Of a DNA stretch of 64,000 nucleotides, positions 25,392 through 36,410 are shown piece after piece. The notes under the pieces are model-generated. The model saw nothing but the letters and a program-made list of their open reading frames with translations, did not search any database and was not told where the DNA came from. The first letter of the stretch is position 1, and each line of letters starts with the position of its first letter. Position numbers and translations under genes: made by a program. Origin of the DNA: Lama guanicoe (Eukaryota); contig MU056000.1 in the NCBI GenBank assembly GCA_013239625.1, positions 11,483,175 to 11,547,174 on the forward strand. The letters are read 5' to 3'.

Positions 25392-25510
25392 GAGGAGGGT
25401 ATAGCTTGGTGGTAGAGTGCGTGCCTAGCATGCTCAGGGTCCTGGGTTCAATTCCCAGCACCTCCGCCAGAAAAATAAATACAGAAACTACCCTCCAAAT
25501 TTTATTTTTG
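25392..25510 (+). mobile_element. vic-1-type camelid tRNA-Ala-derived SINE with perfect 15-bp TSD
   Basis: Head GAGGAGGGTATAGCTTGGTGGTAGAGTGCGTGCCTAGCATGCTCAGGGTCCTGGGTTCAATTCCCAGCACCTCC resembles tRNA-Ala(AGC). TSD AAATAACATTGGTTT at 25377-25391 and 25511-25525. Confidence 0.92.
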
Positions 25511-26065
25511 AAATAACATTGGTTTAAAATGATACACAGAAGTCAGAGTTCTCCAATGCTTCGCTTCCTTTGCCTTCCCCTGGACTCAGTGTTCTCCCCG
25601 CCCAGGGCCGCTTAAAGCAGATAATAGCGTGAATTACGGGAGGCGTAGGGGGATGGCAGGAGTGCCCTGATGCTCATCAAGGGGTCTTTCCAGTGTTTTT
25701 TCCTGAAATAGAAGCTGTTCCAACTGCAGCCTGCCTCGTGAGTATCTGGGGACCCTGAGACAGTATACCTTTTCAATTAAGGAATCAAGGTGTGTATTCA
25801 CCTCATCGATTTTAGGAAGACCACTGGCAATTCAGAAATTATTCAAAGAAATACAGAGTTGAATTAGTTTCCTCACTGGAAGTGTTTCTTCTCTGGATAT
25901 TATGCTAATACCTCTGATGGTGCTTCTGTGGCTTTCTTTGCTTCCTTTATTTTTCTCTTTGCTGCTCATCTTTCTCCATTTCTAGTTCAGTTTTTTCCTT
26001 TTGCCTTTTCCTGACTATCTTAGACAAGTCTCAATACCAGGTTTCTCTTAAAAACCCACATATTA

Positions 26066-26140
26066 TTAAAAGAGCAAAAAAGAAGGAAAGGATGAGGGAA
26101 GAAAGAGGGAAGAAAGAAGAAAGGAAGGAAGAAAGGAAAA
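26066..26140. repeat. Purine-rich (GAAG/GAAA)n tract
   Basis: Visible directly. Confidence 0.85.
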
Positions 26141-26492
26141 TTTCCTATTATCTGCCCAAATTTACCTCAGTGTCTAAACACTCCTGTTGTCATGAGTCCC
26201 AGCGGATTCGCATATTTGGATGTGCGAGGCTGAGACCTGCTCTGTGGAGAGAACAGAGTTGTGAGCTGCTCCTGAGGTCTCCCTTAGCACTATTCCCCTT
26301 TATTATTGATGTGCATTAAATTGGTATGAAAGCTAAATATTTTAGTAACCTCAGTTACCTTTCTGTAAACTGTGCCTACTTTGCCTCTTATCCAGATGCT
26401 CCTGTGACCTCTTTGTGGAACTGGCAATTTATGAACAGAAGCAACTTGATGTAGTTTGATGCCTCTGGAACCCAAAAGGCAGTCCTCGCAGG

Positions 26493-26700
26493 ACAGATGT
26501 CCTGGTAAATATTTAACAACCAGCTCTCTGTTTAAAAAGCCCTAATCGCAGTGTTTGCCAATTTCCAAGGTATAAATATCCCCACTATGGCCAATTTCAG
26601 GCTACTAACATCATCTCATGGAACTCAGTGTTGGGGATAGAAGTATGTAGGGGCCACCCCCCAGCAGGTGTGAGGCAGCTCCAGCATCCTTCTTACTGGC
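26493..26700 (-). mobile_element. MER63A-type hAT-Blackjack MITE
   Basis: CTGGTAAATATTTAACAACCAGCTCTC...TGTTTGCCAATTTCC...TAAATATCCCCACTATGGCCAATTTCAGGCTACTAAC...CAGCTCCAGCA. Confidence 0.8.
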
Positions 26701-26819
26701 TGGATTTACTAATCCTTCAAGCACTTGAGATGCCCTGGGTCAGCCATCTCAGGGTCCACTTTTAACACCCACTCTCTCAACATCCCCCCAGTGCTGTCTA
26801 CCCTACCCCTATCTCTGCC

Positions 26820-27860
26820 TGCCTTGGCCTTCTACTGCCTAGGGAACACACTGAGGTGAAGGACATGATCTGAAAACATCCCATCAAATTCCTGCCTTGC
26901 ACATACAATCTCGCATCACTGCAGCCACCCTCACAGTCTCTCTTCCATCCTCTGAAGAAGAGGCTGTTCTCCATTTCAGTTTATTTTTTTAATTGAAGTA
27001 TAGTCAGTTTATAATGTTGTGTCAATTTTTGGTGTACAACATAATAGTTCAGTCATACATATATGTACACATATTCATTTTCATGTTCTTTTTCATTATA
27101 GGTTACTATAAGATATTGAATATAGTTCCCTATGCTATACAGTAGAAACTTGTTGTTTATCTATTTTATATATAGTAGTTAGCATCTGCAGATCTTGAAT
27201 TCCCAATTTATCCCTTCCCACCTCCTTCCCCCCTGGAAATAAAGCCACAGATCTTTGGTCCATTAATCTTTGGTCAATTATTCTGCTCCTTTGACCCAAA
27301 TATCTGTTTTTGTACCAATACCATGCTGTTTTGATTAATGTAACTCTGTAGTATTGCCTGAAATCTGGTGGAGTTAGTCTTCCAGCTTCATTCTTTTTCT
27401 TCAGTATTGCTTTGGCAGTTCTGGGTCTTTTGTGATTCCATATAAATGTTAGGATTATTTGTTCTTTGTTCTAGTTCTGTGAAAAATGTCCTGTTCTGTA
27501 ATTTGATAGGGGTAGCATTCAATCTGTAGGTTGCTTTGGGTAGTATGGCCATTTTATCAACATTAATTCTTCCAGTCCAAGAGCAGGGGATGTCTTTCCA
27601 TTTCTTTAATCATCTTTAATTTCCTTAGTCAGTGTTTTGTCTTGTGTTCAGAAACCCACCTCCTTGATTCCATTTACAGTTATTCTCACTCTCTTGGAGT
27701 TTTAGTCCCTTCTCTGCATCCTTCCTCTCTTCTCAGCTTACAAATGTACTCAAGGCTTGCTCTTGACTATGGTTTTAAAAAGAATTATTTAGTCCCACTT
27801 CCTTCTAGATTATTCCTCTCAGTAGTTTTCATTCCTAACCAAGCTTCTCGAAGGAGTATT
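26820..27860 (+). mobile_element. L2 LINE fragment in two parts (about 26820-26975 and 27641-27860), split by an L1 insertion
   Basis: Pyrimidine-rich L2 ORF2-like sequence: GCCTTCTACTGCC...CCCATCAAATTCCTGCC...TCTGAAGAAGAGG; resumes ...CAGCTTACAAATGTACTCAAG...CCAAGCTTCTCGAAGGAGT. Confidence 0.5.
26978..27640 (-). mobile_element. Rearranged L1 (cetartiodactyl type): 3' UTR end, short inverted piece, then ORF2 segment
   Basis: TTTTTTAATTGAAGTATAGTCAG... (3' end, minus strand) to 27235; minus-strand ORF2 at 27281-27640 (TGTACCAATACCATGCTG, GGGTAGTATGGCCATTTT). Confidence 0.9.
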
Positions 27861-28325
27861 TGATAGGCAGACAGCTAAGATGGCTCCCCAGGTGCCCACC
27901 ACCTGGTGCACACACCTGTATAATCGTGAGGGTTTGTGAGCATGATGGACCTCATTCCTGTGGCTAGGTCACTGTATGTGGTATAGTGGAATTTATGAAC
28001 GGGAGATTATCCAGGCTGGACCTGACCTAATCACACGAGCCCTTTAAATCTGGGTCTAGAGGCCAGAGACAAAGGAGTCAGAGATTTGAAGCAGGAGAAT
28101 CATTTGATAAACTATTGTTGGCTTAAAAATGGAAGGGGCCACATGACAAGGAATGTGGCAGTACCTCGGAGCTCGGGGTGGTCTCCAGTCAAGAGCCAGC
28201 CAGGAAACAGAGGCCTCAGTTCTGCAGCCACAGGAGCTGAGCTCTGCCACCAGTAGGAATAAGATTGGAAGTGGCTTCCAGACAAGAACCCAGCCTGGCC
28301 AACACCTTGATGTTTGCCCCAGTGA
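27861..28325 (+). mobile_element. MLT1E-like MaLR LTR (3' end not evident)
   Basis: TGATAGGCAGACAGCTAAGATGGCTCCCC...GGGAGATTATCC...GACCTAATCACACGAGCCCTTTAAA...CAGCCTGGCCAACACCTTGAT. Confidence 0.85.
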
Positions 28326-28539
28326 ACACAGAAGCTTTCTTTATATGGCAGAAGGTATTGCTACAGATGCCCAAAGAATCAGTCATTTAAAATTTTATGA
28401 CCTGTGAGTGAAGCAAATTCAACTAATTTTTGTATGATATTTCTCTCGTGATATACGTGATTCCTACATTATTTTAACATATAAACACAAACACTTATAT
28501 GCCTACATACAGATCTGTCAACATACGGTCCCAGGATAG

Positions 28540-28770
28540 AGCTTAGTCCAGAAAGTGGGATCTTCTCTTAAGGAGTTTACCGTCTAGGTGGAAATAATAT
28601 CACATGTACTCAAGTAACTATTGTGTGAGAAAAGTGATGTGTCACTAAAACTGGAAATAAATTTCTATAATTTCAGAAATGAATGTAGACATAAATATCA
28701 GAGAAAGGAGTAATTATTTCTTGCTGGCATAACCACAGGAGGTTTTATCAACAAGGTGATGCATGGTCCG
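28540..28770 (-). mobile_element. L2 LINE fragment
   Basis: CTCTTAAGGAGTTTACCGTCTAGGTGG...CAAGTAACTA...AGAGAAAGGAGTAATTATTTC. Confidence 0.55.
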
Positions 28771-29469
28771 TGGTGTGAAGTACACACTGAGCTAAGTAGC
28801 ATTTTTCCATCCCCTGAGCAGAAAACCATGATATCACTCTGTTTCTAAAAATGTTTTTCCCTCACAGAAGTACCCTGGATTCAGTTCAGTTCAAAAATTT
28901 GGAAATTAGTTACTATTCTCAAAGGAATAAAACTCTGGACTTTTAACCTTATTAAATTTCTTACATTAGCAAATCCCAGCAGAGTAAAGAGGACTTGTTT
29001 TCTCGCTGCAGGACCTGAGCCTCTTGGAATGAGGTCATGTGGGTAGAACAGCCCCAGGCAGAGCTCAGAGCTCACTCTCGGGGGTCAGCTGACAAGTTTC
29101 ACAGAGAAGACCATATTTTCCCCAAACCTTTCACCAATCTCCACCAGGAAATATACTTTCTGGAGATTTTGTTCCCAATCACTCATCCTTGGGAGGGAAA
29201 CAAAATGTGCTGTTACTACCTCACCCACAGAGAATTTCATGGCCCATCAGCTGTCACTAGAGACTTCAGAGAACACGGTGCTTGGGCACCAGGGCATAGA
29301 AGACAGAGTAAGTCATTCAGAGGAGGAGAAAAGTGGGCTCAGGAATAGGTCAGATCCCCATGAGGCGGGTGAAGGCAGATTGTATGGGGTAGAGACAGTG
29401 CGAAGCTTCTCCAGGAGAGAAGAAATTATAGAGACGAGGAGGACACAGGAAGCCAGCATCTCCCATCCA

Positions 29470-29575
29470 AATGTGACTTTCAACAGGTGAGTAACAGAAG
29501 CTTAGAAAGGTATTGAACTTCCTCCAAGGTCACACACATGACAGATTTGAGGATGTGAGCTCCAGTTAGGTCCTT
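29470..29575 (-). mobile_element. MIR core fragment
   Basis: ACAGGTGAGTAACAGAAGCTTAGAAAGGTATTGAACTTCCTCCAAGGTCACAC. Confidence 0.6.
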
Positions 29576-29799
29576 TCTCTCTCTAGCTTCCCTCTGACTG
29601 TCAAAGCAATGCTTCCTTCTGAGACTGTAAATTTCTGAATCATGTTAAGTATTCAGTATTACTTGCTTCATTTTTCCTGACAACCCATGGCGTGTTGGAG
29701 GTGTTAATAGATGTTTGCAGTGTGGAAATAATTTGTTCTTAATCATGAACATCCCACTCTTGTTCACACAGTGCTACAGAACCTACCCTGCCTATCCTT

Positions 29800-29867
29800 A
29801 CGCACACACATACATACGTGTGCGTGCACACGGGCATGCACACATGCCCACGCACACACACACACAC
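29800..29867. repeat. Imperfect (CA/TG/CG)n alternating purine-pyrimidine tract
   Basis: CGCACACACATACATACGTGTGCGTGCACACG...CACACACACAC. Confidence 0.8.
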
Positions 29868-30054
29868 TTCTTATCATGGAGTCCAGGAGAAATATTTGGC
29901 TTTTAATTCCTTATGCACAAAAAACGATCTTAGTCCGATCTGTTCTGCGCCTTTGATTCCTCCCAGAGACCGTCCCTACATGAAAACAGCAGAATTTGCA
30001 TCAGCTGACCCGTATTACCCATGTGCTGGAATATGTCAAGGAACTCAAAGCTAC

Positions 30055-30415
30055 AGAAGCCAGGGCTCTAGTCTAGAGATTCATTTTTGATTGGTCTGGC
30101 ATGGGGTTCAGCCATTAAGAAACTTAGAGTCCCTCCTCCGAGCTGATTTTAATGTACAGTCAGGATTGAGAACCACTGATGCAAATTTTATTACTTTTCC
30201 ATGAAGAACCTTCCCGCCCCACCCCCACCGCCCCCGCCATGGACTAATGAAATCAGAATCTCTAGGGATGGGGCCCAGGCAGCAGTATTTTTTAAGCTCT
30301 CCCACGTGATCCCAACGTGCAGTCAGGCGTGAGAATTTCTGCATCAAAACAGTGGTTCTAGGCCAGGAACACATACAAGAAACGTCCTAGGAGACTTGTA
30401 AGACTACACATCCAA
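30055..30415. mobile_element. Cluster of three MER5A/MER5B hAT MITE pieces
   Basis: ...TGATTTTAATGTACAGTCAGGATTGAGAACCACTG (to 30178); AATCAGAATCTCTAGGGATGGGGCCCAGGC...TTTTAAGCTCTCCCACGTGAT (about 30230-30342); CAGTGGTTCT... (about 30350-30415). Confidence 0.75.
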
Positions 30416-31910
30416 GTAGCACACTCGGCCTCACTCAGGTTCCTTGGTTTGCAAAGCTTCCACTTCCGTCACTGCTGGTGGTGGAGGCCCGCATTAATGG
30501 CAGCAGACCACGGGCGACTTGCTTCCTTGAGGTCCTCTCGCCCAGTTAAAGTCGGAGCATCCCATCTCACGGAGTTGTTACCACCGTGGATGAAGAAAAC
30601 AGGTGCCCAGAGAGGCTCTGAAAAGGAGCCCCTGGAGTGCGGACAAGCCGACCTGGACAAGAGGGTGACCTGTAGGCGGGCTCCCGCCCTCGCTGGTGGG
30701 GTTATGCTCAGTGCTGGCGACTGGGAGGAGACATCCGCGCCTAAAATGGAACCAAGTTCATATCTGCACAAAGTCAACCCTCAAAAAGCACTCACTGAAT
30801 TAATGAATCTAGAGAAAGTTCCCTACGGGCCTGAATCTCTGCTTCTGGGGTGTATTCATCTAGCACTAGGAGTCCTTATGGAATTTGTTCAGAAGAGTTT
30901 ATTGGTAATAAACAGGTCCAATCAACAGCTTCTGGCTGCAGTGAATAGCAGTCCTGACATCGAACACTCTGCTGCTAGTGACAAATTAAGAAAATGTCAG
31001 CTCTGGGTTTCTACTCTATCCTGTCCCTGTCAACTCGTTCACTTCACAAGTGGCCGAGAAAAGCATTAAGGTTGCAATGTGCATCTGCTTGGAGGATGCA
31101 TCATTGTTGCTTCTAGCTAGCATGACCTTGTGAGCTGGTAAGGGGGACCTGCAATTTGTCTAATGTGTAACTAGTCCCATGTAATCTCAGCAAACTGTCA
31201 AAGGGAGTTTTGAGACTTTCCCAGCGTTACTTTGGTGGTGAAAGAATACTCTTTCGTTCTGTGGGTAATAACATTTTATGGAATTAGTTGCCTCTCCCTT
31301 CAGGGCAATGTATTCCAACCTTTCACCTCCACTCCCTACTATAATGTTGGCTCCTTGGATAAAAATACAAGGAACTTCTGTTAAATGAGCTAACTGCTGG
31401 AAATATTATGGCTGCAGGCTGAAAGAAATGAGGTGTGTTCCACAGACCACATAAAACAATGAAAGCAATTTAAAGACAAAATGTAGAGAAACAAGGAGCA
31501 ATTTTGCAATAGCTAAAGCATATGAGTGGCCTGCTGCTTTGGGCAATGAACGCTCTGCAGACCTTGGCGCCCGCCCAGTCTGGCCTCCCTCTCTGGATGA
31601 GGTCTGGACAACTAGAACATTCCATTTTCAAAATCAGCCTTTCCGATCAACCTGTAGAAGGTCAAGGCAGCCATTAGGAACCAGAACTCTCCAAGGCTGC
31701 CCATTTCCTGCTGATTCAGAAGAGGGGCAAAAGCAAGGACAATCTGCAGTTGATTAAGTGGTCTGCGAACTAAGGGTATTTGTTCCTTCTGGTTCCATTC
31801 CCCGTTGCCCGGTTAATGAAGCACTTTGTTGAGCAAGAGCGCCATCTATGGGAGAAATAGGTTATACTGCGTCTACCCTTAACATCTCCAAGATTGTAAT
31901 TTATACCAGA

Positions 31911-32090
31911 CTGGTGATTTTTAAAAGGGGACAATTTTGACCCCCAGGGGACATTTCTGGCAACGTCTGGAGACATTTTCTGTTGTCATAACTGGGTTGG
32001 GTTTGTAACTGGCATCTAGTGGTTAGAGGGCAGGGAGACTGTTAAGTATTTCACAATGAACAGGCTATCCAGCCCCTTCCCACCCTAATG
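31911..32090 (+). mobile_element. MER20 hAT-Charlie element (partial)
   Basis: GGGGACAATTTTGACCCCCAGGGGACATTTCTGGCAACGTCTGGAGACATTTT...GGCATCTAGTGGTTAGAGGGCAGGGA. Confidence 0.85.
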
Positions 32091-34699
32091 GCAAGGAGGG
32101 GAGATGCTATTTGAGAACAAAAGAATCTGTGACATTTGTGCTTACAGTTGGGTCCCCCAGGCAAAAGATTAATTTTTGATTTAAATCTTTTCATATTCCC
32201 ACCACTTCACATCTCCCCACCTATTTCTAAACTCTTTCACCCTATGGTGTTAATAATTTAATATATTAATCTGCATCTGGGCTAGCTGAGAAAGAGAACT
32301 GGAGGCTGAGGACAGCACTTAAGACAAAGAAATAAATTTGTAACTGTAGCATTTTAGGAAATGATCCCTGAATGGGACTAATACTTTGGGTTCAACCACC
32401 TTCGTGGCTGGTTAAGTAAATAAAACTGTAATCCATGGTGCTAAAACCATCATAGTTGACATTATAGTTGTAAAAGTTCTCATGGCTTGTACACAATATT
32501 GAGAAAAATTTCGAATTTCTTGAATTCTCCACTCAATGCACGCTGGTTCAGCAGGTCACTGTTCAGTTTACTAAGTGGGATTTGGGAGAACTGAAGACTG
32601 AAAGTCAGCTTCTGAGAGATTTTCCTTCTGTCCCAAAGAAGCACATGTACCCCTAGAGTTCATGATAGAGCAGATTTTTATAAAAAATATAGCCTTGGGC
32701 CAGAATTTTCTGCCCTTTGAAGACTCACCATTGTGGACTATGAATAAAACTTTGAAGCCTCATGCTCCAGGATTGTCACAACCTCAGGTACTTTGAGAGG
32801 CCAACGCCCGCCCCATGGAGAGGAAACTTTGCCCCAGCTGCAGAGCCTCCTGCCATCCTCCCCCAGGGAACCCTACTCTAGTCTCACCACCTCGAAGAAA
32901 AGCAAGGGATCAACCCATTTGCCTGAAAAGATGAGTACCTCTTTTTACCTGTATGGACTTGTCTCTCTCCTCCCCTCTTTAATGACTAAACGTTAAATTC
33001 ATCTCATCAACCAATGAACATCTACAATGTACAGCCCAAAGCCATGGAAATGCAGAGACCAGTAAGAGGGTCCCACTCAATGAGATGTCCAAGCAAGGGT
33101 GCTATTCGTACATTCCCTGACTCCAGTACCTTCTTCCATTGTGGCATGGTATCCAGTCTTGGATGTTGCCTTTTAAAGAAAACAGGCATTCTTGAAAGTT
33201 ACCCGCCCATCCCTTCTGTCATTAGCAACAGCAGACTAAATAGTAAACCCTGAAAGTCACTAAGATCTTGCCAGGTTTTCTATACCATATCTACATTTCT
33301 ACACTGTGCATGAGTCAAAGTATTCAGCGAGAAGTATTAAAGCATCCTAAAAATTTATATTAAATGAGTAATGATTTAATAACTTTCTTCTTCAAGTGCC
33401 ATCAGCAAGAAATTGTACAGTTTAATGGGAAGCCTTGATTTATTGGTACTGAATATTGCCTCAGCACAGCCAGTTTGCCTCATAATTTGTAGGAATGAAA
33501 CAAGATTAAAAAGAAATTTGAAGGGAAAAAATGAGTTGGGAAAAATTGGCAACAGGGATTGTGCAATATTAATTATAATTGAAAAAAGGACTTCCTTGTT
33601 GAATCTAGGGCATTTTTAGGCACGGATAAAACTAGTGTCCCCCAGACTATCTGATGTTGGATCATTGCTTTTAGTCAAATGGATCTGACGGGTAGTGAAT
33701 TTTAAAATGATATTCTCAGTAATTGTAAGAATATAGGGTAAGGAAAATACTAATGCAACACGTAAAATCACCATAAACTCTGCAAGGTATTGAGCTGTTC
33801 TCTTCCCGATTAGGACTTGATGAGATGCTTGGAGGTCTGTGGGACGATGGGAGGAAATGAATGTAAATGGTGTATAAATAAAGTAAAATATTGGAACTTT
33901 TTATCATTTTAGTTCCAAGGACAAAAATGTTCCAGAATAGTGGAACACTCATTCTATGACCTAAATATAGTGAACAAAGGTGAAGGAGATGGCTGGCGGG
34001 GACTCTGTCTACTCAAAAGATCAGTTTGCAGTAGTTCAGTCTAGGATTATAGGGTTTGAAAAAGAGGACAAATCTGAGTTATAGACTCATAGTTGTGTGT
34101 AGCAATATTATTTGCTAGTCCAAATGCTGCCGAATTTTGATTTGCTGGAAAAATAGTTCACTTCTTTTTGCTGTACAGAAAAAAATGTTTTTAACAAATA
34201 TGAACACTATAGCTACAGAGGGCTTACATTACTAAGAATATGTGGTTGTTTTTATTACCAATAAATTGAGGTTAATAGTTAGGCAGTTTGGGGCAACCGC
34301 TTAGATTTCTCACGTTCCATTTGAAAAGTGAAGTTATTAAATCGTCACTCATTTGCTATGAATTTATAAAGCACTGCAGTTTTGGCGACGTACCTCATAA
34401 ACTTCAAACATCAAAGGCCAGATTGTCTACTCAGGCTCTTTCAAGAGCAGCCTGGGTGATCAATGTCCTAAGGAACCATGGGCTTTACAACTATTTCTGC
34501 AGAACCTTGAGATCAGAAGAAGCCAAAGATCATCTGACCAGCCCTCAATGGTCAAGACAGCCAAGATGAGCCAGAACTTTCCAGTGCTGTCCATTTCCTG
34601 CTGGTCCCACCCCCATGCCGTTGCTTAATTATGTTTACTTTAATGTACGGACTAAGAGTTTGTCTAATTGAAGATATGAAGACTTCCTAAAATTGTCCA

Positions 34700-35128
34700 T
34701 TCTACTTGGGGGCAGATTTAACTATTAAAAACACTGGTTTGTTTTTTTTTAACACTGATCTCAAATGTTTACATTCAGTAATTATCATTGTCAACACTGA
34801 TCCTAGACCATCCCCAAGGCCAAATTAAAACATGTGTGTATGCGTGTGTGTGACGATACTCTCTTCCTCAGAGACAACCCTTGTAATGTCTTGAGACAGT
34901 AGGTGACTGTCATTGTCCATGTCCCTATTCCTTCCCAGTGAAACTTTTCTCAATGGGCTAAACGACTCCATTTCTTTGTAGAGCTTGGGGCTAATTTGGA
35001 TTGGTTGGTTCCTCTGTTCTCAACATAGTCCTCTTGGTCTATATGCATTTACGGTGTCATCTAGAATCGCATCAGTCACTCAGTGATCTTCTGCTTAGTA
35101 AGCAGAGATGTTACCTCCTCCTTTGCTC
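34700..35128 (-). mobile_element. CR1/L3 LINE remnant
   Basis: Degenerate similarity to reverse L3: CTCTTCCTCAGAGACAACCCTT...TTGAGACAG...GGCTAAACGACTCCATTTCTTT...ATGTTACCTCCTCC. Confidence 0.45.
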
Positions 35129-35129
35129 G

Positions 35130-35395
35130 TATTTTTAATTCAACAAAATTCTATTGGGCAGCCGTTTTGTGCTGGACATTGTTGTGTACTGGAGGTTCAA
35201 CAATGAACCACAAGACAGAGCCACTGAATACACACTGATAGACATAAATTACTACTCATGATAAGTGAAATGAAGACAAAGAATTTAGGTGCTTTGGATA
35301 AGAATAACAAGGAAGGCTCTGATTTAGATTTTGAGATCAAGAAAGTGTTCTCAAAGAAAGGGCCATTGAATTCTGAGATCAGAAAAATGAATGAC
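35130..35395 (-). mobile_element. L2 LINE 3' end
   Basis: ATTCAACAAAATTCTATTGGGCAGCC...GTGCTGGACATTGTTG...CAATGAACCACAAGACAGAG. Confidence 0.75.
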
Positions 35396-36267
35396 GTCAT
35401 TGCTGTTACTCTACCAGTTAACAGATTCTATGGCCAAACTAATTTTAAAAGGGCCTATATCAACATGTGGACTCATTTTGACCGTATATTTGCATAGTAC
35501 ACATTTACTTATTGTCCAAAAAATATTCATTGAGCACCTATTACGTTAAAATGGATAAATATAAACACATGCAGATACATATTTTAAACATACATGCTAA
35601 GCTGATATGAGACTACCTCTGCCTGGGTGGGTATATACGCTAGTGTGATCCCTGCTCTCCATTGTAAAAAAATTCTTCAGATGAGCAGGGAAGTGGAAGA
35701 TGAACTATTCCCTTAATAAGCCTTTCCAGGAATCCTGCCCAGGATGGAAGTCAATCTTACCAGCTACTAGTTCTCAAAATCTGCTTTATTCCTCTTCTTG
35801 CAAATTGCATTAACATGTTCTCTCTTTTTAATCTTCTCACACTCATTCCTTTATTGGCTTATTTTACTTTTCATCCTGGACCTCCAGAGCACAAGAGAAC
35901 TTTTCTAAAAATTAGGATATTTCCACTTTCACACAAAGGAATTGCAAAATGGGCCCCTTCCGGTAGACCAGATGGAAAGAGGAACCCCTTCCTCTGGGCT
36001 GTCGTAGTCCCACTGCAGGACTGACAGCCTACCCACTAGCAGAGGGCTGGTTATATTTCAACCCTTGCTTGACACCCTCCTTCTGCTAACCTGATGCTCT
36101 TCTCCCATCCCAAAGAGCACCATTCCTTCTCTTCACAATGCCTCAAAGATTGCAAAGATCACAGAGAACGATTCGCCATTTTCATTTGTAAAGTCTGTAT
36201 AGCAGCCTGGAATACTGGCTTTGTCTTAAGCTTAATTTTTGCCCCTCAGAATAGGTCAAAACTGACT

Positions 36268-36410
36268 TTTACTGTATATAGAATGAGAATATTAATGAAT
36301 ATCTACTCCCAAAAAATTTCTGTAAAGATTACATGAGATAATTCACGTAAAGCACTTAGCACAATGCCTGGAACTTTGTACGAATCCAATAAATCAGAGC
36401 TATTACTACT
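36268..36410 (+). mobile_element. MIR SINE 3' half
   Basis: TGTAAAGATTACATGAGATAATTCACGTAAAGCACTTAGCACAATGCCTGG...CAATAAATCAGAGCTATTACT. Confidence 0.8.

Noticed and set aside
25392..25466. tRNA-Ala(AGC) gene (also 43562-43635 on the minus strand)
   Set aside because: Stem mismatches, a SINE-specific tail and a TSD show these are SINE heads rather than tRNA genes
30449..31069. Longest ORF (206 aa)
   Set aside because: Starts at TTG, has no recognisable domain or splice context, and lies in a locally GC-rich patch where long chance ORFs are expected
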